Shown here piece after piece: positions 12,412-25,614 of a stretch of 57,057 bases of DNA. The notes beneath the pieces are model-generated. The model was not told the DNA's origin. It saw only the letters and a list, made by a program, of their open reading frames with translations, and ran no database searches. Location: NCBI GenBank assembly GCA_050230475.1, contig JBFLGF010000212.1, positions 1 through 57,057 of the forward strand, in the 5' to 3' direction. The DNA is from Ancylonema sp. Lineage: Eukaryota. Numbering within the stretch: the first letter of the stretch is position 1; each line of letters opens with the position of its first letter. A program made the translations under genes and the position numbers.

Positions 12412-14910
12412 TTAATCATCTGCAAGCCACGTCTCCAATCGCTTGGAGAGGTACTTATTTACATCCTTGCCACCATCATTTTCGTAGCCAGACTCGTGCT
12501 CTAAATCACTACTGGTAGCTTTTGTAGTTGAAGATGAAGAATCCTCAACTGTGATACACACTTCCTTGTCACTGCTAGGCAGTGCTTGCTTGCCAGCAGC
12601 ACCACCATGTCCATCAGACATACAATCTCCATCATTACTGACACTCGAATCATCTACGAGCTCCTCCTGGTTTCCCCCTAGTGTCGTGCCCTCCTTCCGT
12701 GCACCATCCACAGATGCTTGTCCAAAACTCCCAATGCTCACCCCGCGCATATTCCCCAACGCCTGACTCGTCCAATTCCCTGCAGCTGGGTCCCCTTCAA
12801 TCGTTTTGCTTCCCTTGGCCTTTGCTTTATTGATTTTGAAATACTTGGAGCCTTCCCTCCCTACATTGCCTGCTGTTTCTCCGGCAGATTGGACCACACT
12901 GCCAGCAGTTTGCACCACACTGCCGGCTGTCAGGATGGCTGAGTCAAACACAGCTCGCATATACTGGGAGGGCCTCATGTCCCTCCCTGACCCCGAAGAA
13001 TCTTGCAATTTGAGGCTCGCAGAAATTAGGCTTCTGTCATCACTCCCTCCTGTTTTGTAGTTCTTGGCTTCGCTTATTTTGTCTGATGAGGGCGGCTTAG
13101 TAGCAGTGTCCTGTACCCCAATCTCTGTCTTTGAAATATTGGCACGCTGAAGTGCACTTTCCAGCCTGCTGTATACATAGTTGCTCGGATTTCGTTCTCC
13201 CATGCCAACATCCGAACTCCCTTCTTTTCCAGGATGAGATGCACTCTCAGATTGACCGTCTGATTCTGGTGATACTTGCCTGTCTCCAGACCCCAACACG
13301 TCCGGAGACTCGCAATCTTCAGAGGTCACATCCTGTGCGCTTCCTTGACGGTCAATAGAAGGACGGTCAATAGAAGTCCGGAAAGCAACGTCCTTTGATT
13401 CATCGATGTCACCCTTGCTCATCATGTTCCCAGCCTTGCCAGCTCCATCTAACATATCTCTCATAAACTGGGTTGCCGACATCCGTTGCCCAGAGCCTGT
13501 GTCAGGCATGCTAAGGTGGGTAGGCTTCGTCTCAGCAGTTGACTCTCTGCGCTCCTTGCTCCCAGACTTGACAAATGCAGTATCCACTATGGACCGCACG
13601 AATGCACCACCTTTCCTTGCTCTATCTACCATGAAGCCAGGCCCTTGATACAGTCGCTTGGCTGCAGTCGTTGGTACATTTGGCGCTTCTGTCAAGTTTT
13701 TGGTCTCCAAGTCCGTCCCCTCTTGCGTTCCCGCCATAGCATCCTTTCTGCAAGCTGCGCTATGATCAGATATATTATCTGAGCTTATCCCTCGATCCAC
13801 TGCTGCACTGGACAAAATTGAAGGAATTTTGGCAGTCTCCAATTTTTGGACTGGCCTTCGAGATTGCTGGAAAGCGCCAGAGAAGCCACTGAAGCCCCTG
13901 CAACATATCATACCAGTCCTTTGTTGAACTTTTGCTTTGTTGATCCCTCAACTGCATGCCACTCGACAGATCATGACAAGTACAACTAGTTCTCTTGCGG
14001 ATAAATTGAGGCATCCTAGAAGCCAGTGACAACGGCAAGATATAGCAGAAGACTTCATAGGGGCGGCTTGTGAGGATGGCCAAACCAAATGACCTTTCTG
14101 CAGTCGTATTCAGTGCAGGGAGCTTGGCCATGGCATTTTCCAAAGTCTTGAGCATTCTAGAAATGACATCCGGGCCTGTCTCCTTAATACTCCGCACTGC
14201 AGATGTGGCTGCTTGCACATCTTCAAGAGCATACTTGGCTTCAGTGGATCCAGCATGCAGGTGCCTCTGCAAACGAATAGTCACTTGCCGAAGATCATGT
14301 ATCAAAGAATTGCAAGGACTTCTTCACTCGTGTCTGGCTTACCATCAACGTCAGTCTCATGCATCATTTAGATGGTGAAGAGGTTTTGAAGAGTACAACA
14401 CGCCCCGCTAGAATGCTCTAGAGGCCCGTGGTATACCAGACAGACCTTGAGATTGATGACGTTCGGCACTGCCCTCTGGACTTGCTGCTGAACGTAAAAA
14501 AGGCCGACTGAAGGCTCATTTGCGAGCATACGAAATATGTCCGTAACTTTACCATGGACTGCACATAGAGCCCATGCGAGTCATAATTAAATTCTAGCGC
14601 TATATTGTGCCAGCCTGTCATGTGTGATCAGTCCCGAATCATACAACACCTTTGCTTTAAATTTGCTGGGGGCAACCTAGGTTACGGGGCAGAAAAGCTG
14701 CTGAGACAAGTCGGGAGAAGGTATCAAATCCAGAAATGAGATCGATGACACTCTGTCTGTCATCTATTCTGCACATAGAATGCCTAGCTCAGCAGCTACG
14801 AGTTCCACATCTTCTCTCCTTATAATGTCGACGAAGTGAGCGTACAAAGGTAGGTAGGCAAATACGTACGTACCTTCGATAAAATCTGGCTCCAAATTTC
14901 TGTTGGACAT
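12412..14910 (-). CDS. BORCS8: BORCS8/MEF2BNB-like BORC subunit with long low-complexity C-terminal region; 4 exons, about 600 aa
   Basis: MSNRNLEPDFIE|VHGKVTDIFRMLANEPSVGLFYVQQQVQRAVPNVINLK|RHLHAGSTEAKYALEDVQAATSAVRSIKETG...ER|GFSG...RLETWLADD*. LANEPSVGL is the BORCS8 signature; splice phases are consistent. Confidence 0.82.
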
Positions 14911-15338
14911 CTTTCCCACTCCCACGCGTCTACATGTGTATTTTAAGTGATTAAAAAGCCAAATCGTATTGAGTTGTAGCTTCCCAGATGGTTGGATTGA
15001 CCAACGTGACTGGCGTGACTTTACATATCACCATGAGTCATCCAGCTTCCCCCCTACGCGCACATGGCAGTCACCACCGTGTGACTAACGTGTGACTGAT
15101 GCTGTTCAGTGCCTGATGCCCGTGAGGTATCGGAGTTCTCCTGGTACTTTCTGCATTTGCGCCGGACTTTCTGCCAAATTGCACTCGGTCACGCACTCGG
15201 TCATTGCTAGTCCTTCCCCAGACGAGCTAATCTACACCTGTATCCAGTTGATTGACTATCTCCACATAGAACTTGCCGTGCACGGAGCCTGAAGAGAATG
15301 CTTTGTAGAGTGCACTCGGGGTACGAGTGGCCTGTGGC

Positions 15339-15905
15339 ATGGAGGTACTGAAAATTGATTCAGCAGGGACTTGCAGCCTGACAAATTTAGTCCAATTTCC
15401 GTTCTCGCTTATGTTAGTATCCTCGACTGCAAGAATCGGAATAGGGAGGGTGGCAGATTCTGATTTGAGCACGCGTAGAAAAAATGAAACAGAGAAGATC
15501 TATAAATCTTTTTTCATTCAGTCACGGAAGCAAAACAAGTTGAGGTCCCGTTCTTCTGCTGCCTCTGTATATGATAGTCTGCAAGGACGAACCAAAGATC
15601 TTTCACCTGCAGCGTGCGACCCAAGCAGAAGGTGATACAGTTATTGGAAAAAGTTTTTCCCGCATCCATGACTGACGCATTGAGGAGGCCTGCGTTCCTA
15701 TATCCCCACTTCCCACTTCTGCACAACTGATTCTTAGAGACAGAAGGTCTTACAATAAGCTGTCGCTGTACCCAGGTGTGAGCTCCATGACCTTCATGGC
15801 GAGCTCGTTCCCTACACTGCCGCCTGGCAGTGGCAGAAGGATGCTGTTGCGAATCGGAGTGATGCTCTCACGAAAGGGCACGCATTCGATGATACGTTGC
15901 TACTG
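15339..15905 (+). other. LIP2P: 5' part of LIP2p (exon 1 and part of exon 2), cut at the N junction; redundant copy
   Basis: Matches 19820-20386. Confidence 0.8.
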
Positions 15906-15920
15906 NATATTCGATTGCAG

Positions 15921-16635
15921 CATGCCATCAGCGCCCTTTCTGCCTGTCATTGATGCAGACACTGGGATGGAGAAACTTCTCAGACTTGCCCATGTCCTTG
16001 CTGGTACGGGTTATAAATGTGGTCCCACCAACTTTGAAACGAAATTCATCTTCATTGTCAAATTCTGACTGCTGTTTGGTTTCCCTTTCCAGAGTCTAGA
16101 AGGCTGAACTCGACAAGATTGATCCAAATCGAGGTTTGCATCGAAGAGCCTGCACCCTGCACGTGTCTTGCCATCTTAGTCAAAAGAAGAACAGTCGCAC
16201 AAACTGTAGATGCTCACACTGCCGAATTATGACTCTTTTGGTCGCAGCGAGAGGAATTCGTGCAATCTACAGAAGTTCTTGTGGCTGCATTGACGAAGAT
16301 ACCAAGCATCAACAACAAGGATGCGGAATCTGTAAGGGCGTGGAATCTGGTTGCCGTAACCACCAAGTGTTTTGTGATGCTTCTGAAGCTCATCTGCACT
16401 CTTGTCATTGCCATAAAACAGAGTGTATTGAGTACCTTCCAATTGTTGAAGGAGCTTGCGTGCTGTGCTGCTCTGCTGGGTACAGCTTCTTGGTTTGGGT
16501 TCCCTTTCCACAATAGCATCAGCGAGTGTGGATGCCTTGATGAATGGCACTACTCTGACCCTAGCAAAGGTCAATAGAGTTGTCAACTTCTTCAGAGATG
16601 AAAATTGTAACAGAGCCCCTTTTCTGAAGAGGTAG
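15921..16635 (+). other. PTD: 3' half of PTD (exons 4-7); redundant copy
   Basis: Matches 11440-12154. Confidence 0.8.
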
Positions 16636-16892
16636 ACGACCTAAAACTTAAATCTCTAAAAAAAAAGTAAAAAAGTAGCGATGTCCAGATATTCTTTTTT
16701 TTGTATTTTTTTGGAATGGAAGTTTTTTGTGCAAAAAGAGGTAGGTGTGCTTGTTACGAAAGGCCATGATTTTAGACAAATGCTCTGCGACATGAGTTGA
16801 CGTAACAACAATTGATGGCGATGGTGATCTTAATGTCGGACCATTAAAAATCGCATGGCTGACCCAGTAATTATGCAACAGCCACATCTGTG

Positions 16893-19391
16893 TTAATCAT
16901 CTGCAAGCCACGTCTCCAATCGCTTGGAGAGGTACTTATTTACATCCTTGCCACCATCATTTTCGTAGCCAGACTCGTGCTCTAAATCACTACTGGTAGC
17001 TTTTGTAGTTGAAGATGAAGAATCCTCAACTGTGATACACACTTCCTTGTCACTGCTAGGCAGTGCTTGCTTGCCAGCAGCACCACCATGTCCATCAGAC
17101 ATACAATCTCCATCATTACTGACACTCGAATCATCTACGAGCTCCTCCTGGTTTCCCCCTAGTGTCGTGCCCTCCTTCCGTGCACCATCCACAGATGCTT
17201 GTCCAAAACTCCCAATGCTCACCCCGCGCATATTCCCCAACGCCTGACTCGTCCAATTCCCTGCAGCTGGGTCCCCTTCAATCGTTTTGCTTCCCTTGGC
17301 CTTTGCTTTATTGATTTTGAAATACTTGGAGCCTTCCCTCCCTACATTGCCTGCTGTTTCTCCGGCAGATTGGACCACACTGCCAGCAGTTTGCACCACA
17401 CTGCCGGCTGTCAGGATGGCTGAGTCAAACACAGCTCGCATATACTGGGAGGGCCTCATGTCCCTCCCTGACCCCGAAGAATCTTGCAATTTGAGGCTCG
17501 CAGAAATTAGGCTTCTGTCATCACTCCCTCCTGTTTTGTAGTTCTTGGCTTCGCTTATTTTGTCTGATGAGGGCGGCTTAGTAGCAGTGTCCTGTACCCC
17601 AATCTCTGTCTTTGAAATATTGGCACGCTGAAGTGCACTTTCCAGCCTGCTGTATACATAGTTGCTCGGATTTCGTTCTCCCATGCCAACATCCGAACTC
17701 CCTTCTTTTCCAGGATGAGATGCACTCTCAGATTGACCGTCTGATTCTGGTGATACTTGCCTGTCTCCAGACCCCAACACGTCCGGAGACTCGCAATCTT
17801 CAGAGGTCACATCCTGTGCGCTTCCTTGACGGTCAATAGAAGGACGGTCAATAGAAGTCCGGAAAGCAACGTCCTTTGATTCATCGATGTCACCCTTGCT
17901 CATCATGTTCCCAGCCTTGCCAGCTCCATCTAACATATCTCTCATAAACTGGGTTGCCGACATCCGTTGCCCAGAGCCTGTGTCAGGCATGCTAAGGTGG
18001 GTAGGCTTCGTCTCAGCAGTTGACTCTCTGCGCTCCTTGCTCCCAGACTTGACAAATGCAGTATCCACTATGGACCGCACGAATGCACCACCTTTCCTTG
18101 CTCTATCTACCATGAAGCCAGGCCCTTGATACAGTCGCTTGGCTGCAGTCGTTGGTACATTTGGCGCTTCTGTCAAGTTTTTGGTCTCCAAGTCCGTCCC
18201 CTCTTGCGTTCCCGCCATAGTATCCTTTCTGCAAGCTGCGCTATGATCAGATATATTATCTGAGCTTATCCCTCGATCCACTGCTGCACTGGACAAAATT
18301 GAAGGAATTTTGGCAGTCTCCAATTTTTGGACTGGCCTTCGAGATTGCTGGAAAGCGCCAGAGAAGCCACTGAAGCCCCTGCAACATATCATACCAGTCC
18401 TTTGTTGAACTTTTGCTTTGTTGATCCCTCAACTGCATGCCACTCGACAGATCATGACAAGTACAACTAGTTCTCTTGCGGATAAATTGAGGCATCCTAG
18501 AAGCCAGTGACAACGGCAAGATATAGCAGAAGACTTCATAGGGGCGGCTTGTGAGGATGGCCAAACCAAATGACCTTTCTGCAGTCGTATTCAGTGCAGG
18601 GAGCTTGGCCATGGCATTTTCCAAAGTCTTGAGCATTCTAGAAATGACATCCGGGCCTGTCTCCTTAATACTCCGCACTGCAGATGTGGCTGCTTGCACA
18701 TCTTCAAGAGCATACTTGGCTTCAGTGGATCCAGCATGCAGGTGCCTCTGCAAACGAATAGTCACTTGCCGAAGATCATGTATCAAAGAATTGCAAGGAC
18801 TTCTTCACTCGTGTCTGGCTTACCATCAACGTCAGTCTCATGCATCATTTAGATGGTGAAGAGGTTTTGAAGAGTACAACACGCCCCGCTAGAATGCTCT
18901 AGAGGCCCGTGGTATACCAGACAGACCTTGAGATTGATGACGTTCGGCACTGCCCTCTGGACTTGCTGCTGAACGTAAAAAAGGCCGACTGAAGGCTCAT
19001 TTGCGAGCATACGAAATATGTCCGTAACTTTACCATGGACTGCACATAGAGCCCATGCGAGTCATAATTAAATTCTAGCGCTATATTGTGCCAGCCTGTC
19101 ATGTGTGATCAGTCCCGAATCATACAACACCTTTGCTTTAAATTTGCTGGGGGCAACCTAGGTTACGGGGCAGAAAAGCTGCTGAGACAAGTCGGGAGAA
19201 GGTATCAAATCCAGAAATGAGATCGATGACACTCTGTCTGTCATCTATTCTGCACATAGAATGCCTAGCTCAGCAGCTACGAGTTCCACATCTTCTCTCC
19301 TTATAATGTCGACGAAGTGAGCGTACAAAGGTAGGTAGGCAAATACGTACGTACCTTCGATAAAATCTGGCTCCAAATTTCTGTTGGACAT
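16893..19391 (-). CDS. BORCS8: BORCS8-like, second copy or allele
   Basis: Same as 12412-14910 except one Ala to Thr change. Confidence 0.78.
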
Positions 19392-19819
19392 CTTTCCCAC
19401 TCCCACGCGTCTACATGTGTATTTTAAGTGATTAAAAAGCCAAATCGTATTGAGTTGTAGCTTCCCAGATGGTTGGATTGACCAACGTGACTGGCGTGAC
19501 TTTACATATCACCATGAGTCATCCAGCTTCCCCCCTACGCGCACATGGCAGTCACCACCGTGTGACTAACGTGTGACTGATGCTGTTCAGTGCCTGATGC
19601 CCGTGAGGTATCGGAGTTCTCCTGGTACTTTCTGCATTTGCGCCGGACTTTCTGCCAAATTGCACTCGGTCACGCACTCGGTCATTGCTAGTCCTTCCCC
19701 AGACGAGCTAATCTACACCTGTATCCAGTTGATTGACTATCTCCACATAGAACTTGCCGTGCACGGAGCCTGAAGAGAATGCTTTGTAGAGTGCACTCGG
19801 GGTACGAGTGGCCTGTGGC

Positions 19820-21590
19820 ATGGAGGTACTGAAAATTGATTCAGCAGGGACTTGCAGCCTGACAAATTTAGTCCAATTTCCGTTCTCGCTTATGTTAGTA
19901 TCCTCGACTGCAAGAATCGGAATAGGGAGGGTGGCAGATTCTGATTTGAGCACGCGTAGAAAAAATGAAACAGAGAAGATCTATAAATCTTTTTTCATTC
20001 AGTCACGGAAGCAAAACAAGTTGAGGTCCCGTTCTTCTGCTGCCTCTGTATATGATAGTCTGCAAGGACGAACCAAAGATCTTTCACCTGCAGCGTGCGA
20101 CCCAAGCAGAAGGTGATACAGTTATTGGAAAAAGTTTTTCCCGCATCCATGACTGACGCATTGAGGAGGCCTGCGTTCCTATATCCCCACTTCCCACTTC
20201 TGCACAACTGATTCTTAGAGACAGAAGGTCTTACAATAAGCTGTCGCTGTACCCAGGTGTGAGCTCCATGACCTTCATGGCGAGCTCGTTCCCTACACTG
20301 CCGCCTGGCAGTGGCAGAAGGATGCTGTTGCGAATCGGAGTGATGCTCTCACGAAAGGGCACGCATTCGATGATACGTTGCTACTGCTGCAGCACCCCCC
20401 TGTGTACACCTTGGGGACGAGGAGCAGTCTTCAACACCTAAAATTTGATATTGAAAATCCACCAGCAGAAATTCACAGAACTGAGCGAGGTGGGGAGGTC
20501 ACATATCATGGACCTGGACAGGTGAGGGCCGGAGTGGTAAACAAATCTCATCTCCAGAGACATTCAGAAACTCTGAGACACTCAGAAACTCACCTCTTCC
20601 ATCTGCAAACTCCTTGTCTAGTTGGTGCTGAGACACCAGTTGTCCTCAATCCCTCCCCAAGTCATGCTGCGATATGACTCATTGTATTCCCGACATGCAG
20701 CTCGTTATGTATCCCATCATCGATCTGCGAAAGCAGCAACAAGATTTGCATTGGTATCTGCGTTCCTTGGAAGAGGTCATTATACGCACTCTTTGGACGG
20801 CGAGCGGTATCAAAGCAGAGCGTGTGCAGGGACTTACCGGAGTGTGGGCAGGTACGATAGTCAAACTGATAAGGCAGTCCAGTGAACTACAGTTTGTTGG
20901 GTGATGGGAGACGATGCTCCATCATCATACGCAAGGAATCTCGATAAATTCCATGCAATAACGGATACCGTTTTACAAAGATATGGTGGTCACACATTTT
21001 TCAACATAAATGTTGGCATGCTTGTGTTGTCAGAGTTGTTCTCATTGTTCGGAGTATCGATTCGCAACAAGTGCTGTGCGATGTAGTCTCCTGAACCATG
21101 TATTGCCTTGTTGTGATGAGAATTTATGTATAGGCTTGGATGAGGTGCTGTAAAGCTCATCCCAATACTGAATTTCTTGTTCATTACACTCGCAGAAAAT
21201 TGCAAATTGGCGGCAATTGGCGTGAGGGTGTCACGTTGGATCGCTTACCATGGAGTGGCGTTAAACGTAACAACTGATATGGAGCCTTATGATCATATCG
21301 TGCCGTGTGGCCTGAGCTTGCCAGTTGCGAATGTAAAGAATATGATTTTCAATCAACAAGGGGGACTAGCATGTGTACAAGGATCCAAGGGGGGAGTGCT
21401 GGCAAACCCTCAAAGATATGGGCTACCAGAAGGCTTTGTCAAATTGTCCAAATTTTGTTCGGATGAGAGTATGCTTACCATACTTAGTGAACATTTGCTA
21501 GCTCATTTCTCAGAAATATTTGATCTCACATTTGTAAACCCCACTACCGTCGGACCCTATTGCAATGACCGATCATTTCGGGTTCGATAA
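19820..21590 (+). CDS. LIP2P: Plastidial octanoyltransferase (LipB / lipoate-protein ligase B); exons 19820-20112, 20257-20521, 20701-20851, 21196-21590
   Basis: Transit-peptide-like exon 1, then [81 protein letters not shown]. Confidence 0.93.
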
Positions 21591-23557
21591 TCGAAACCTC
21601 CTGCTTTCGGCAAAGGCGATTCTCGAACTTGAAAGTCATAAACTTCGATGACAAGTGTGACTGTGATCTTGAAGTATGTGCATAATGACATGATGACTAA
21701 CAATCTATTGATCCATGACAATGTCAACTTACTTGGATTGCGTTATCAACTTGGTGACATTGAACATGCATTTTTTCGTGATTTTCGTAGCGCTAGGACC
21801 TTATTCTAATGACCAGCGACTAGATAAGAACATACCATGTATGTTAGTTTGCATGAACTGTTTGGCATTCAATCATAGACGTCGAATTCAACAACTATGC
21901 TTTATATCCTCTTACAGTCGGAGTTCCCTACACTGCCGCCTGGCAGTGGCAGAAGGATGCTGTTGCGAATCGGAGTGATGCTCTCACGAAAGGGCACGCA
22001 TTCGATGATACGTTGCTACTGCTGCAGCACCCCCCTGTGTACACCTTGGGGACGAGGAGCAGTCTTCAACACCTAAAATTTGATATTGAAAATCCACCAG
22101 CAGAAATTCACAGAACTGAGCGAGGTGGGGAGGTCACATATCATGGACCTGGACAGGTGAGGGCCGGAGTGGTAAACAAATCTCATCTCCAGAGACATTC
22201 AGAAACTCTGAGACACTCAGAAACTCACCTCTTCCATCTGCAAACTCCTTGTCTAGTTGGTGCTGAGACACCAGTTGTCCTCAATCCCTCCCCAAGTCAT
22301 GCTGCGATATGACTCATTGTATTCCCGACATGCAGCTCGTTATGTATCCCATCATCGATCTGCGAAAGCAGCAACAAGATTTGCATTGGTATCTGCGTTC
22401 CTTGGAAGAGGTCATTATACGCACTCTTTGGACGGCGAGCGGTATCAAAGCAGAGCGTGTGCAGGGACTTACCGGAGTGTGGGCAGGTACGATAGTCAAA
22501 CTGATAAGGCAGTCCAGTGAACTACAGTTTGTTGGGTGATGGGAGACGATGCTCCATCATCATACGCAAGGAATCTCGATAAATTCCATGCAATAACGGA
22601 TACCGTTTTACAAAGATATGGTGGTCACACATTTTTCAACATAAATGTTGGCATGCTTGTGTTGTCAGAGTTGTTCTCATTGTTCGGAGTATCGATTCGC
22701 AACAAGTGCTGTGCGATGTAGTCTCCTGAACCATGTATTGCCTTGTTGTGATGAGAATTTATGTATAGGCTTGGATGAGGTGCTGTAAAGCTCATCCCAA
22801 TACTGAATTTCTTGTTCATTACACTCGCAGAAAATTGCAAATTGGCGGCAATTGGCGTGAGGGTGTCACGTTGGATCGCTTACCATGGAGTGGCGTTAAA
22901 CGTAACAACTGATATGGAGCCTTATGATCATATCGTGCCGTGTGGCCTGAGCTTGCCAGTTGCGAATGTAAAGAATATGATTTTCAATCAACAAGGGGGA
23001 CTAGCATGTGTACAAGGATCCAAGGGGGGAGTGCTGGCAAACCCTCAAAGATATGGGCTACCAGAAGGCTTTGTCAAATTGTCCAAATTTTGTTCGGATG
23101 AGAGTATGCTTACCATACTTAGTGAACATTTGCTAGCTCATTTCTCAGAAATATTTGATCTCACATTTGTAAACCCCACTACCGTCGGACCCTATTGCAA
23201 TGACCGATCATTTCGGGTTCGATAATCGAAACCTCCTGCTTTCGGCAAAGGCGATTCTCGAACTTGAAAGTCATAAACTTCGATGACAAGTGTGACTGTG
23301 ATCTTGAAGTATGTGCATAATGACATGATGACTAACAATCTATTGATCCATGACAATGTCAACTTACTTGGATTGCGTTATCAACTTGGTGACATTGAAC
23401 ATGCATTTTTTCGTGATTTTCGTAGCGCTAGGACCTTATTCTAATGACCAGCGACTAGATAAGAACATACCATGTATGTTAGTTTGCATGAACTGTTTGG
23501 CATTCAATCATAGACGTCGAATTCAACAACTATGCTTTATATCCTCTTACAGTCGGA
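20288..23557. repeat. Apparently identical 1635-bp tandem duplication, 20288-21922 = 21923-23557, no N at the junction
   Basis: ORFs recur at +1635; blunt junction AGTCGGA|GTTCCCTAC. Confidence 0.93.
21923..23225 (+). other. LIP2P: LIP2p copy lacking exon 1 and the start of exon 2; redundant copy
   Basis: Matches 20288-21590. Confidence 0.8.
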
Positions 23558-25614
23558 CACGCTTTGAGTTGCTCCGTGTATGTGTGCACTATACCTTACT
23601 AGTGTCTCGGTATGCATATGGCCAAGGTGTGTATCTTTAGGCAAGTCTTTTCGATAAAATCGTTTTTCTTACCAAGCGATTCTCAAGTTTACTCTTGTAG
23701 GTCCATATACATTCGTGTGACTATATAGTAGTTTGGCGCACGCCTGAATGTAACAACTTAGCGCAGAGTATATCGTTTCGCTGTATAGCGTGTCATCGAT
23801 TGTTATTTAGGAAAGTCATCATTAGCAACTCTCCGCCAGACCCGACATAATGTCCGCTAAACTCGGTGGTGCATTGTGACGCATGCGCGCGCACTTGGAA
23901 GTGGACGGTCACATAGTGTACGGCAGGTGGTGCCGGTTGGCGGCCATAGATTGTGCTTGTGTTTAGAGCCCATGCGCGTGACGCTGTCATCAAACACTTG
24001 GTTGAGAATGAGGATGCTAGCACACTACACAACAAGTCTGTGTCGCAACGATCTTAGACCCCACTCATAACTGAGAACTATACGTTTTGCATTCTTGTCA
24101 CCTTGATCTTATTTGGTCATTCAAAAAGCAACCGATGCCCTCGCATTTTGTGTGCATTGTTCATGCATTGTTGCTGTATTTTGCTTATCTGGCTGGCCCT
24201 TGCATTTGCAATCTAAATGCGAATTGATTACGAAACTGACATCTGATTTGGCGTTTAGTTGCGGTAGCCTTACGAGTTAACCCTGGCGCACCCCTAACGC
24301 TGCAAACACGTTACGTTCAGGTTCTGGCATTGCCTTGCCTATGGGCAGTTTAGTGAAAAGAAATTTGCACATGGTATTGTAAAGCGGCATGCCATGAGTG
24401 CTAAATGGTGCTGCACGTGTGTAGTGGACCCATGATATCGGGCAGTACGCACATGTGAGTGACGTATAGAGATGGTGTTCGGTAGAGCGACGGAATTGCA
24501 CATGTGAGCGAGACAGGATGCTAGATAGCACGACATTCTTGTTCTTCGGCTAAATATGCCATATTGCGACCTTGGGCCACACACATGCCCTATTCACCTT
24601 TGATATTTCTATACCATATTGACCATGAACGTTGGTGTAGTCCCTTGTTTCTTTCGAGAAAATTATAATGAAAGATTTAGCAAAATCTGGTAGGACTATG
24701 CACTCAAGCATCATACTGATACATGACTACAATCCGTATCAGATGACACACTCATGTTGACATGGTAACATGGTAAACGATGAGCATCCACTATGGTCCA
24801 TCATGATTTGGTCAACCTTTAACGACATGGAAAATTTCCACATTTGTTTCATTCACCGTTATCGCCTCATAGAGCGACTCGACTCTCAAGCACAAGGCAT
24901 AAAAGGGGACTCACCAAAATGTGCAAAAAGATAAAAACTGATGATTATCACTTAGAGATAATGCACAAAGGAGTTGCTCTAAGAACTTCCTCGCAGACGA
25001 AACAAAGAGTATATGCATGTACGACACGACTTCTGTTACTTGTTGCCAACCTTCACCATGATCGACGGCATAAGTACGGCTTCTGGCCGTATCAAACCTT
25101 CTGGCCATCTCCAACCACGACAATTTAAGGTCCAGCCTCTCAGCCGAATGCAGCCTACTTCAACTACCAGATAAGGCTGGAAGTCTTCAACAGGCTCCAG
25201 CCGTTTCTGTGGTCGCCCTCGTAGGCTGGAGCTGTGATTCGGGATGATTCTCGATTGTCCTCCAGCCGTGGCCTCGTCACGCGTGGTTTCGTGGCAATTT
25301 CTTCGTTGCTTCCGTTGTTTGTCTTTTTCTTTCTTTCTCCTCGTCAGCATTTCGTCCTCTGCGACGGCAATCCCTCATCTGGAAGCATGTTATCTACAGC
25401 CCTCCGGTCAGCCTTCCCTAATAGATGCATACGCTGAATGGGAGATAGGAAGAGAGCAGTCGTGGGAAATATTGCGTATAGTCGTTTGCGTAGTCTGATC
25501 GACCTCCGCAATTCATTCTTTGTCATTACGCTGGTCATGCTCACAATTGCTCCATCCACTTTGGTCCTATACCGCAAAGTTCTTGCCATCCCTATAAAAT
25601 CTACGTCTCGGAAA

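Larger units (their letters stand above)
11426..20386. repeat. Near-perfect tandem duplication, 11426-15905 = 15907-20386, joined by N15906; probable uncollapsed haplotype
   Basis: All ORFs recur at +4481. The only difference seen is 13740 C vs 18221 T (Ala/Thr in BORCS8). Confidence 0.95.

Noticed and set aside
15778..16068. Chimeric LIP2p/PTD ORF, and the similar RPS13/RPA43 ORFs at 33958-34221
   Set aside because: Both span N junctions and are artefacts.
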